Of a stretch of 64,000 nt of DNA, positions 11,260-20,628 are shown piece by piece (the stretch's first letter is position 1; each line of letters begins with the position of its first letter). Location of the stretch: the NCBI GenBank assembly GCA_963703225.1, contig OY969801.1:3008001-3072000 (forward strand). Direction: 5' to 3'. A model generated the notes under the pieces. It was not told the DNA's origin. It saw only the letters and a list, made by a program, of their open reading frames with translations, and made no database searches. Made by a program: the position numbers and the translations under genes. Source of the DNA: Candidatus Eiseniibacteriota bacterium (GTDB lineage Bacteria > Eisenbacteria > RBG-16-71-46 > SZUA-252).

Positions 11260-14007
11260 TTACCAGCCGCCCGGACGGGTCTCCGCCACCGCGTAGGGCC
11301 GGCGGCCGAACTCGTCGTACTCGAAATATTTCAAGCCGACCCGGCGGAGGTCGTCCGCCGTGACGGCGTCGATCCTCGAGGGGAGGATCAACGGATAGTC
11401 GAGGGCGAGGCCGAACAGCTCGCCCCTCCCCGCCTGGAACGCCCGGGCGGTGTTCGAGCCGAACAGGTTCAGGTAGCCGGCCGCCGCGTGCGTCTTCGCG
11501 TAACGCAGCGTGTCGGCCAACTCGCCGGTCAGCGATAGGAAGGCCACTTTCTTGAACTGACGGAAGAGCAAATTCGCCGCGGTCTCTTCCGAAGGGGTCC
11601 CGACCACGGTGACCGACGCGATGATCGGAGATTCGTCGATGGCGTGCGAGACGATCGAGTTGGCGTCCTTCACGAAATCGTTGGTTTTCAGGTACTGCTG
11701 GAACCATCCCCGCGGTCCGCTGAGCAGAGAATTGGCGACATACAACTCGGGGATGTCGTTGCTCCTGGCGGGCGGCCCATTGAAGGCGAGCGTCAGCGTG
11801 CAATCCGCCCCGGCACCCAGCTCCCATTTCTCCCGGAAACCGTCGAATTCGCCCTCCTTGACAATCGTCCCGGGCTCGAAGGGGTGGTCGGAGAGCTCGC
11901 CGAACGCCGCGTCCACAGCCGGCCCGACATCCGCCGCCCGAACGTCGCCGAAGACCGAGACCACGGTGTTGCCGCGGACCACGAATTTTCGATACCAGCT
12001 TTCCACATCGGTCAACGGCATGCTGATCAGGTTCTTTCGGGTTCCCAATCCGGGTAGGCGGTAGCCACTCATCACGTATTTGGTGGAGAAGATGAGGCGT
12101 GCGCGTTGGGCGGCGTCGTCGTCGAGCCACCTGTCGAGCGCGCCCAATACGTAAATCCGCGTCGCGTCGACGGTGACGGTGTCCAGGTCGGGATGCGAGA
12201 ACATGGCGCCAAGCCGGGTGAGGGCTTCCTTCCAGGAATCCGCGGAGACCGAAAGTGAGACGCCCCAAATATCCCGGTCCTGGTAGGGAACGAGACGGCC
12301 CAGATCGGGCAGCGAGCTGCGGTAGGCGACACCCCCCGCCCGCGCGTCCACGGAGTTCAGGAGGGTTTCCTTCAGGAGCGCGGTGACGCCGTTGTTCTTG
12401 TCGTTCTCGTATCGCACGCCGCCGCCCAGGAAAACCGCGATCGTTACGAGCGGAGTGCTTCGATCCTCGCCCGAGACGACGCGGAGTCCGCCGCGCAGCA
12501 CCGTGCGCTCGACCCGCGAGCGCCCTGCGTCGAGGGGGGTCGACGGGATCTGACCGAGCGGGGCGTCGATGCGCTGCCGCCGATCTTGATCGGAGCTCTG
12601 CGTGACCTTCGGGCCCTGGCCGAATGCGGACGCGTTGATGCCCATCTTCTCCCGGATCCGCTTCTCGAGGTCGCCGCGCAGATCGAGGCTGTCGGCGGTC
12701 CGGCTCGGCATCATCTCCACGATCGCGGCCTGCTTCAGGTCGAGGTACCGATTCGCGACGGCCACGAGGTCCTCGGGCCGGATCGCCTTGAGCCGGCGCG
12801 TGTAGACCTCATCGGCGCCGGGTCGGCCCTGGAGGCAGGCGAACGCGGTGGACCGCCCCAAACCCCATAACTCGGCCTGAAAGAAAAGGTCTCGGGAAAG
12901 TATCGCGTTGACCCCCGCGTTCAGCTCGTCCTGTGTGACGGGAGTCGATCGGGCCTGCTCGATGAATGTGAGGAGCGCGCTCTCGGCGTCGCGCATGCGC
13001 TCCGGCTCGGCGCGGACCGAGAGCGTCACCGTGCCCCCATCCTCCTCGAACGCGCGATGCGCGGCCGCCACGGTGAACTCCCCACCGCCCCCCGCGAGCT
13101 TCTTCTGGGCGCGTGACGTGGGGCTGTCGACCAGGACGGCCATGAGGACGTCCAGGGCCAACGCGTCGGCGCTTCCCCAGACGGGGGCGCGAAACGCGGC
13201 TGAGAAGGCGGCTCCCGGCGTGTCGCCGGGATTGGGCGCAAACATGATGCGCGGTGAGGTGAGCGGCTTCTCAGCCACTTTGACGCGAGGCGGCGCTTTG
13301 TCCTTGGACGCATCCTGGAAGGCGGTCTCCACCTTCTGCGCGACGACCTCGGGATCGACGTCGCCGACCACGACGACCATCATGTTTTCGGCGACGTAGT
13401 GCTCGTCGTAGAAGCGCCGCGCGACCGACAGGATCACGGCCGACAGCTCCAGCTCGGGCACGGCGAGCGGCGACGTGAGCGGCGTCCCGGAGTGAAGCTG
13501 CTCGCGCGCCGGGTTGATCGATGCACGCTCCGGCGTCGCCAGGACCCCCCGAGATTCCGTCCGGGCCTCGGCGATCGCCTTCTCGAGATCCTTGGGATCC
13601 ATTCGCGGATGCGTCACGACGTCGCTCAGGACGTCGATACCCACGCCGAGCGAGCGGGCGGGGATCGTCACCTGGAAGAGCGAGTAGTTGTATCCGACCT
13701 CGGTTCGGTAGGAGCCACCGTAGAGGGCGAGGTCCGACTCGATGGTGCCGGGGGGCCGGCTCTTGGTCGCTTGAAATAGCATCCGCGCGAGAGCCACCGA
13801 AGTGCCGCGCTCCTGGCGAGACTCGTCCCGAAATCCCGCCTTGACCCAGACTTGAATGGAGACGAGCGGACGGGTGCGATTCTCGCGGACCACGAGCGTC
13901 ATCTTGTTGGGGAGCGTGCGGATCAGATTTGGGGCGGCGGGGACCGAGGCCGGCAGCCCGACGAGGGCCGCCAGGACGATGACAGGAGCGAGGCGCATGC
14001 GACGCAA
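11260..14007 (-). CDS. secreted M16 (pitrilysin) family protein lacking HxxEH
   Basis: Signal peptide and tandem M16 units (LPNKMTLVVREN, VVVVGDV); zinc motif positions read VALAR and ALLKE. Confidence 0.85.
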   Translation of the reverse strand: MRRMRLAPVIVLAALVGLPASVPAAPNLIRTLPNKMTLVVRENRTRPLVSIQVWVKAGFRDESRQERGTSVALARMLFQATKSRPPGTIESDLALYGGSYRTEVGYNYSLFQVTIPARSLGVGIDVLSDVVTHPRMDPKDLEKAIAEARTESRGVLATPERASINPAREQLHSGTPLTSPLAVPELELSAVILSVARRFYDEHYVAENMMVVVVGDVDPEVVAQKVETAFQDASKDKAPPRVKVAEKPLTSPRIMFAPNPGDTPGAAFSAAFRAPVWGSADALALDVLMAVLVDSPTSRAQKKLAGGGGEFTVAAAHRAFEEDGGTVTLSVRAEPERMRDAESALLTFIEQARSTPVTQDELNAGVNAILSRDLFFQAELWGLGRSTAFACLQGRPGADEVYTRRLKAIRPEDLVAVANRYLDLKQAAIVEMMPSRTADSLDLRGDLEKRIREKMGINASAFGQGPKVTQSSDQDRRQRIDAPLGQIPSTPLDAGRSRVERTVLRGGLRVVSGEDRSTPLVTIAVFLGGGVRYENDKNNGVTALLKETLLNSVDARAGGVAYRSSLPDLGRLVPYQDRDIWGVSLSVSADSWKEALTRLGAMFSHPDLDTVTVDATRIYVLGALDRWLDDDAAQRARLIFSTKYVMSGYRLPGLGTRKNLISMPLTDVESWYRKFVVRGNTVVSVFGDVRAADVGPAVDAAFGELSDHPFEPGTIVKEGEFDGFREKWELGAGADCTLTLAFNGPPARSNDIPELYVANSLLSGPRGWFQQYLKTNDFVKDANSIVSHAIDESPIIASVTVVGTPSEETAANLLFRQFKKVAFLSLTGELADTLRYAKTHAAAGYLNLFGSNTARAFQAGRGELFGLALDYPLILPSRIDAVTADDLRRVGLKYFEYDEFGRRPYAVAETRPGGW

Positions 14008-14066
14008 ATCCTCCGAGGCGGATGAATGTCTCAGGACCAGTGGAATACTTTACTCCATCGCTACCG

Positions 14067-14103
14067 AAAAACGAACCCCGACGGGGAGAACCCCGACGGG
14101 GTT
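14067..14103 (-). terminator. intrinsic terminator after csp
   Basis: AACCCCGACGGGG-agaa-CCCCGACGGGGTT hairpin (one mismatch) followed by a U-tract on the minus strand. Confidence 0.7.
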
Positions 14104-14137
14104 GGATGATCCATGACGCGGTTCTACTCGGCGCCCC

Positions 14138-14347
14138 TCAGGCGTCGAGCTTCACGACGTTCCCGGCCTGTTTCCCCTTTTGTCCCTCGATCGGCTCAAA
14201 CTCGACGATCTGCCCTTCGGCCAGCGTGCGGAATCCCTCCGCCTGAATTGCCGAATGGTGGACGAAAAACTCCTCCCCCGAATCTTCCCGGATGAATCCG
14301 TACCCCTTCGCCTCGCTGAACCACTTGACCGATCCGCGGTGCTTCAA
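14138..14347 (-). CDS. cold-shock protein
   Basis: [26 protein letters not shown] start after GGAAGGAGG. Confidence 0.92.
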   Translation of the reverse strand: MKHRGSVKWFSEAKGYGFIREDSGEEFFVHHSAIQAEGFRTLAEGQIVEFEPIEGQKGKQAGNVVKLDA

Positions 14348-14409
14348 GTGCGGGTGCCCTCCTTCCGGTCCGAGATGGTCGGTCGGGAATCCTCGGTATC
14401 GCCGACTAC

Positions 14410-14742
14410 CTACATGCTGACTCCCTTGGGGGAGCGTACCGACTGGAAACAGTCGCGGCAATAGACCGGTTTCCCGGGTGTGGGGCGGAACGGGACCTGG
14501 GTCGTGACACCGCAGGAGGAGCAGACCGCTTCGTGGAACTCCCGCGACGACGAGACCGGCGATGGCTGCTGCCCGCCGGCGCCGGCCGAGCCTCCCACAC
14601 GCTTCTTTTCGTCCCTACACCGACGACATCGCGTGGGTTCGTGCTGAAATCCGCGTTCCTTGTAGAACGTTTGCTCGCCCGCGGTAAAAACGAATTCCTC
14701 GCCGCAGTCGCGACACTTCAGAACTTTGTCTTCCACAGCCAT
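14410..14742 (-). CDS. zinc-ribbon (zf-trcl) / CxxC-x17-CxxC protein
   Basis: [28 protein letters not shown]...VYCRDCF. Confidence 0.9.
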   Translation of the reverse strand: MAVEDKVLKCRDCGEEFVFTAGEQTFYKERGFQHEPTRCRRCRDEKKRVGGSAGAGGQQPSPVSSSREFHEAVCSSCGVTTQVPFRPTPGKPVYCRDCFQSVRSPKGVSM

Positions 14743-14941
14743 GAAACCTCCGTTACGCCCTCACCGGTCGGAAACGTAAAATCCCCCGGTGGGCGAGGCG
14801 CGCCGGGGGAAACTCTGGAGCAACCGAGGGGTTTGCGGAACGGCCAGGGAAGTGATGGTTCGAAGGGGACGGGATCACTGCATTCCGCTCGTTGCTGCCT
14901 GGATCTCCGCGAGTACGGGGATCTACCCAATGACGTGCATA

Positions 14942-14970
14942 AGTATATAGTCTACTATGACTTGTGTCAA
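14942..14970 (-). promoter_or_regulatory. sigma70 promoter TTGACA-N17-TATACT
   Basis: tgtcaa at 14965-14970 and agtata at 14942-14947 on the plus strand. Confidence 0.8.
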
Positions 14971-15017
14971 GTGTTTTAAGTCACACAATCGTCATAGGGC
15001 CCTCCGGGAGGGATGAC

Positions 15018-16706
15018 GTGAGCAAGACCCGATCCGCCAAGCGCTGGTCCTTCCTACCGTTCGCCGCGCGTCGGGGTATCGGCGGTCCCGCGGCCTCGGT
15101 CCTCTGGGGAATCACCGCCTTGGCCCTTCTGTGCGCCGGCACGGGACCGCGAGCCGAGGGCGAGGCCGGGCTCGATTCGCTCATCCTATTTCACACGAAT
15201 GACACCCACGCGCGGCTGATGCCCTTCTGGAACGAGGAAGGAGCGCGGGTTGGGGGCGCCGCGGCCCGTGCGGCGCTGCTCGAGCGCGAGAGAGCGAGGG
15301 CGCCGCGCTCGCTCCTGCTCGACGGGGGCGACGTATTCCAGGGCACTCCCTACTTCAATTTCTTCCGCGGCGTGCCCGACTACCGCGCGATGAGCCTCAT
15401 GCACTACGACGCCGGCGCTCTCGGCAATCACGACCTCGACGACGGTCCATCGGCGTGGCTCCGCGCGAGCGCTCATGGCGGATTCGAGATCCTGAGCGCG
15501 AACGTCTTCGTGGCGGCGGAGAGCTCGTGGGCGCGGGGCTTCCAACCCGTGCCCGCCGCCACTCGACGCGGGGCACGGTGGGTGGGAGGAAAGCGCGTCC
15601 CTGACGAAACGCCTCTCCGGTTCCTCACGCGGCCCTACTCGATACGGAAGGTGGGGCGGGACTGGAACGTCGCTCTCTTCGGCCTCACCACCTCGGAGAT
15701 CACGCAAATCGTGGCGGTCCGCCCGAACGGCGGCGTCGCGGTCGCGGACCCGACCGAGGTCGCCAAGCTTCTCGTACCCGAGCTGCGGCGCCAAGCCGAC
15801 CTGGTGATCTGCGTTTCGCACCTGGGAGCGGCGGCCGACCGCGCGCTGGCGGAGCGCGTCCCGGGAATCGACGTGATCGTGGGCGGTCACTCCCACACGC
15901 GGCTCGCCATGCCCATCCTGGTCTCGAACGGGACACCGAACGGTTACCACGGCACGATGATCGCGCAGGCCGGCTCGTGGGGGGAATTCCTCGGCCGTAT
16001 CGCGATCTACATGGAGGGGCGCCGCGCGGTTCGGTGCGCGGGCCGGCTGATTCCCGTCCGGCCTTCCGACGGAGAGGATGCCGGCGTGACGCAACTGCTG
16101 CAGCCCTACGCCGACTCGATCGAGACCTCCATGTCGAAGGCTGTCTTCCGCTCCCCCGCCCGGGTCGCATCAACGGGGCTAAGGCAAGGCGAGACGCCGC
16201 TTGGAAATTTCGTCGCCGATGCCATGCGCGATGCCGTGGGCGCGGACATCGCGATCATCAACTCGGGCGGCATCCGTGCCCCGATCCCCGCGGGCAGCGT
16301 GACCGTGGGCGACATCTACTCCGTGCTTCCGTTCGACAACCATCTCGTCGTCGTGCCGATGCCGGGCTGGCAGGTGAGGGAGCTGCTCGACTTCTCGGGT
16401 CGCAGGATTGGCAAGGGAGGGTTTGGGCAGGTGTCCGGGGTTTCGTTTTTGGTCCGCGGGGACCACGCGGGATATATCCGCGTGGGCGGAAAGCAGCTCG
16501 AGTCCGACCGCGTCTACCGCGTTGTCACGGTCGACTACCTGTTTGACGGCGGCGACGGCTACACCATTTTCGCCAAAACCGCCGGCGCGGAGGAGACTGG
16601 AATCCTGATGCGCGACGCGGCGCTGCGTTTCTTGGCCACGCACCCCAATTATAAGTTCCGCAAGGAAGGGCGCATCGTCTGGGAGGGATCGATGCGGGGT
16701 TTCTGA
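15018..16706 (+). CDS. bifunctional metallophosphatase/5'-nucleotidase
   Basis: HTNDTH, LDGGD, LGNHD, SHLG, GGHSH, NSGGIR, VLPFDN. Confidence 0.93.
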   Translation: MSKTRSAKRWSFLPFAARRGIGGPAASVLWGITALALLCAGTGPRAEGEAGLDSLILFHTNDTHARLMPFWNEEGARVGGAAARAALLERERARAPRSLLLDGGDVFQGTPYFNFFRGVPDYRAMSLMHYDAGALGNHDLDDGPSAWLRASAHGGFEILSANVFVAAESSWARGFQPVPAATRRGARWVGGKRVPDETPLRFLTRPYSIRKVGRDWNVALFGLTTSEITQIVAVRPNGGVAVADPTEVAKLLVPELRRQADLVICVSHLGAAADRALAERVPGIDVIVGGHSHTRLAMPILVSNGTPNGYHGTMIAQAGSWGEFLGRIAIYMEGRRAVRCAGRLIPVRPSDGEDAGVTQLLQPYADSIETSMSKAVFRSPARVASTGLRQGETPLGNFVADAMRDAVGADIAIINSGGIRAPIPAGSVTVGDIYSVLPFDNHLVVVPMPGWQVRELLDFSGRRIGKGGFGQVSGVSFLVRGDHAGYIRVGGKQLESDRVYRVVTVDYLFDGGDGYTIFAKTAGAEETGILMRDAALRFLATHPNYKFRKEGRIVWEGSMRGF

Positions 16707-16732
16707 TCAGAGGCTCGGACGGCAGGCGGCGA

Positions 16733-18448
16733 TCATCTCCCGCCGTATTCGAGCGCGAAGTTCACGTCACCCAGGCTGGGCGGCACCTCGAGCGGTTCCG
16801 ACTCGGCCCCCAGATATCCCCCCGCCTCGATGCGAAGGCGGTAGCTCCCCCGCGGGAGATTGGGAATGACGTAGGCGCCGGTCGAGTCGGTGAGCGTCGA
16901 CCCTCGCGGGGGCGAATCGCTCGCCGCGACGCGGTTCGAATCGACGCCCCCCGCGGGCTCCCAGGAGACCCGCGCCCCGGCGAGCGGCTCGCGCGTCGCC
17001 TTGTCGCTGACCTTCCCCTCCACCGCCGGGTAGAGGATCGCGTCTCGAACGTTCGGGATGCCCCAGCCGTAGCGGCTATCCGGGAACGCGGCGCGATTGC
17101 CGCTCATCACGAGCGCGTCGCGGACCGCGTCCGGCCCCCAGTCGGGGTGGGCGCTCAACACGATCGCGGCGCACCCCGCGACAAGGGGGGTGGAGTAGGA
17201 CGTCCCGCCGCCGCGGCCGTAGCGATCCCGGGATCGCGCGGTGACGTGCGTGACCCCCGATCCCATCGCGACCAGATCGGGCTTCACGCGGCCGTCCCAG
17301 GTGGGGCCGGTGGAGCTGAAGGCGGCGAGGCTTCCGTTCCAATCCGTTGCCCCAACCGTGATCGCGCCCGGCGCGTCCGCGGGCGGGCTCAACGTCCGCT
17401 CGCGCGGCCCCTCGTTCCCGATCGAGTTGAAGATCAAGAGCCCGCGCTCGAACGCCAGATTGGCCGCGCGGCTGATGAGCGCGGTGACCCCGTCCCGGTC
17501 CTGCGCCGTGTACCACTTGGAGTAGGAGAGCGAGCTGGTCACGACGTCTGCGCCCATCGCCTCCGCCCACTCGATCCCCTCGATCCAGGCGTCCTCCTCG
17601 GATTTCGTCTCCGACCCGATCCGCTCGGTCTTCCCGAGGATGTAGTCGGCTCGATAGGCGGGGCCGACGATGCGCCCCGGGGCGTAGCCCGCGATGATCG
17701 AGAGGACCTGGGTGCCGTGATTGGACTGGGTGAAGACATCCTGACGCGGATCGTAGGCGACGTCGTCGTCGTGGAAGATGAAATCGCGCGTGGCGCGCAC
17801 CTCGAGCTGGTCGAACGCCTCGTGCCCCAGCTCAAATCCTGAGTCGAGCACGCAGACCAACACCCCCTCGCCCCGGTATCCCATCGCATGCGCTTCCGGC
17901 ACGCCGAGCATCTCGAGCTGATGCTCCGCGGGGCCATAGGAGAACTCATCGGCGGAGACCGTCGCGGGGGCGCGCTCCACCTCGAGCACCGCGACCGGAC
18001 GAACGTCGGCGACGAACGGGAGGGCGCGGATCGCCGCCAATGTCTCATCGCCCGCCTCGACGCTGACCGCGTTCGCCCAGCGCGATCGGGCGCGGATCCT
18101 GGCCCCGGTGGCGGCGATGGCGGCGAGGTACGATGCGTCGGGCTCGAGATCGCGCTGATCGACGGTGGGGCGCGAATCGCCTCGCTCCCTTGCCGCCTTC
18201 GCGCGCCGCGCGAGGGCGCGCGGAGAAAGCGATCGCCCGGCCTCGACGAGGGCGGAGTCGAGCGAGGTCGAGCGCCCGTGATCGCGGAGGAAGATCCAGT
18301 GCGCGGTCGGGCCGGCGAAGCCCCCAGCCGGGGCGGCCGCCGGAGTAGTCGCCGGAGTGGCCGCCGGCTCGGCGCGGGGAGCCACCGCGGTCACAGCCGA
18401 GACGAATGCCAGAGCCGCCGCGACCGCAATGATCGGCTTCGCGCGCAC
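16733..18448 (-). CDS. secreted S8 serine peptidase with C-terminal carboxypeptidase-regulatory-like domain
   Basis: VLDSGF, NHGT, GTSYSTP. Confidence 0.9.
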   Translation of the reverse strand: MRAKPIIAVAAALAFVSAVTAVAPRAEPAATPATTPAAAPAGGFAGPTAHWIFLRDHGRSTSLDSALVEAGRSLSPRALARRAKAARERGDSRPTVDQRDLEPDASYLAAIAATGARIRARSRWANAVSVEAGDETLAAIRALPFVADVRPVAVLEVERAPATVSADEFSYGPAEHQLEMLGVPEAHAMGYRGEGVLVCVLDSGFELGHEAFDQLEVRATRDFIFHDDDVAYDPRQDVFTQSNHGTQVLSIIAGYAPGRIVGPAYRADYILGKTERIGSETKSEEDAWIEGIEWAEAMGADVVTSSLSYSKWYTAQDRDGVTALISRAANLAFERGLLIFNSIGNEGPRERTLSPPADAPGAITVGATDWNGSLAAFSSTGPTWDGRVKPDLVAMGSGVTHVTARSRDRYGRGGGTSYSTPLVAGCAAIVLSAHPDWGPDAVRDALVMSGNRAAFPDSRYGWGIPNVRDAILYPAVEGKVSDKATREPLAGARVSWEPAGGVDSNRVAASDSPPRGSTLTDSTGAYVIPNLPRGSYRLRIEAGGYLGAESEPLEVPPSLGDVNFALEYGGR

Positions 18449-18456
18449 GTCCCGAC

Positions 18457-19828
18457 CTAGAAGGTGTACCGAACCGTGTAGGTAACCTCCGATTCCTTCC
18501 CCGCCGGGACCTTCACATCGAACTCCGCCGAGTCCGCGTCCTTCTTCCGAAAATCGATCGACTTCTGGGTGATCTCCCAGTTGCCGTAGAGGCTCTCGAC
18601 CACGGTGACCACGGCCGGCTTGGCGCCGTGGTTCCTGATCCGGATCCGGAACTGATCCTCGGTGACATTCCGCGACACCCGCGTGTGCGAGACGCGGCTC
18701 CGCTCTCCAATGAGGTCGAAGGCGATCCCGCTCAGGATCTTGACCCGCTCGCCCGCGGCGGTGTGGGGGAGACGATCCTCACCGACCAAGGTCGGGGCCC
18801 CGCCCGCGTCCGCCGCGTAGATCCGCACCCTGCCCTCGGGCAGCGGCACGCCGAGCCCCGAGCCCTTGTCGTTTTCGAACTCGACCTGGACGCGGACCTT
18901 CGATCCGTCGCGGGCGCCGTCGAAGCGGTTGGTGCGCTGGGCGGCCACGCGCGTCGGCGGAACGATCGCCGCCTGCACCGTCCCGAGGAGATCGAGGTCC
19001 ATCGTCCCCGCGATCGGATAGAGGTGATAGGCGAAGAAACCCGACGGTTTGGGCGGGGCGGCGGTCGGGGCCCCCTCGTACGCGGCCCCCCGGTCAATCG
19101 CCTCCCCCTCGCGGTGAACGTCCCCGGCGACGAGCGACACCTTGGCGTCGGCGAACGAGCTGCCCGAGCGATTCACGATCGTGGCCCATCCACTCAGCTC
19201 CACATTCTCCTCTCCCGGGTCGAGGATGGCCGAGTATTCCGCCGTCCAGCCGATACCCGACGCCAGGTACGAAAGGTAGGCCCTTTGTTCGCCCCCCTTC
19301 TCGGAGTCCAGCTCCCACGTGAGGGACGGCCGGGTCTTGAAGCGAAGGCGGGTTGGAAATTCGATCTCGCTGAGCTGCGCCCGGTTGAGCATGGTGAGGA
19401 CCTCGGCCGAATCGCGGCGCTGAATGAAGAGATCGTTCCCTTCGATTCCCGCGAGGACGCCCCGATAGACCTTCCCGCCGTATCGATAGACGATCGTGTC
19501 CCCCAGAAAGCGACGAAAGACGCGATCCCCGTTCCAGAGGTCGTAGCGATACGTCTGCTTGAGGACGCGGAATCCCGAACTTTCCAGGCGGACCGACGTG
19601 GAGTCGATCCGCTGCGGCACCCCCTCCAGCGTTACCTGGCTCACTCCCTTGGGAAGCGTCACGGTCCGGGGCTCCCGGATGAGGGCCGTCTCGTCGTTGT
19701 AGATCACGATCTCGGGCCGCCCGCCCGAGCGGAGTGAGGCATCGCCCCGGGCCGTGGGCGGCGAAGCGAGGGTCGACTAGCATCGCGAGCGCGATCAGGG
19801 TGAGGCCGTCGCGGGCCGGGCGGGGCAT
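18457..19828 (-). CDS. DUF4139 domain protein, signal peptide separated by a +1 frameshift near 19775
   Basis: IYND, LSYLASGIGW, LGVPLPEGRVRIY; ATG 19828 with GGAGG starts a signal peptide in another frame. Confidence 0.8.
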
Positions 19829-19992
19829 GGCACCTCCAGATATTAGGAGCGGCGCGGCGTTCGTGATTCGAGTGATGCCCACGGTACGTTTCCCCCCAGC
19901 CTGGGTCAAGGCGGGCCGAGCGGGGCCACCCGCGCGAGATCGAGAAGGTGCATTCCCCTTCAGTTTTCCCAGGCCCAAGCCGAACTTTCCCT

Positions 19993-20021
19993 TTGACAGG
20001 GTAGGCGCCCGGGTCTACCGT
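19993..20021 (+). promoter_or_regulatory. sigma70 promoter TTGACA-N17-TACCGT
   Basis: Perfect -35 with 17-nt spacer, about 300 nt upstream of csp. Confidence 0.55.
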
Positions 20022-20327
20022 GAACGGTGTATTCGGACCGGCTTCGGTCGGCCAAGTTTCGGTTTGCTTTGGAAACCTGCAATGGTGTTGCCTCGCACTC
20101 GTGGTCACGGTTTCAGCGCTGGCACGCGGCATGGTTCAAAGCATTTGACGGTGTCGGAACGCTGAAGCAATCCCAAACAACAGATCGAATCGAACTCCCA
20201 GAGTCGCCCGGGCGCGCCCGTGCGGGGTGGACCCTGTCCACCGACGCGGACGCCTCCGTGTGTCTGGGAAGCACGGCGTGCTATTGGGCTCCAAGAACAC
20301 GCTTCATGAGGGGAGGTGATTTGTACC

Positions 20328-20531
20328 ATGCGTAAACGCGGAACGGTTAAGTGGTTCAACGAGGCCAAGGGCTTCGGCTTCATCCAGCAGGCCGGCGGGG
20401 AGGATGTATTCGTCCATTACTCCGCCATCCAGGGTGACGGCTTCAAGACTCTGGCCGAAGGGCAGGCGGTCGAATTCGAGATCGTCGAGGGTCCCAAGGG
20501 CAAGCAGGCTGCGAACGTAACGGCCGTCTAA
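20328..20531 (+). CDS. cold-shock protein
   Basis: [32 protein letters not shown]. Confidence 0.96.
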   Translation: MRKRGTVKWFNEAKGFGFIQQAGGEDVFVHYSAIQGDGFKTLAEGQAVEFEIVEGPKGKQAANVTAV

Positions 20532-20552
20532 GGAAGGCCTTCGTTGAAATGT

Positions 20553-20590
20553 CGCCCCGGCGGGTTCGTCCCGCCGGGGCGCTCCTGTTT
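20553..20590 (+). terminator. terminator-like hairpin after csp
   Basis: 12-bp stem CGCCCCGGCGGG/CCCGCCGGGGCG with a weak U-tract. Confidence 0.65.
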
Positions 20591-20628
20591 GCGGGGGCAC
20601 AGCCCGAGGTATATAGTTCGCCGCTTCC

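Noticed and set aside
20582..20628. c-di-AMP (ydaO) riboswitch upstream of the KimA-like gene
   Set aside because: The region is too short and lacks the consensus
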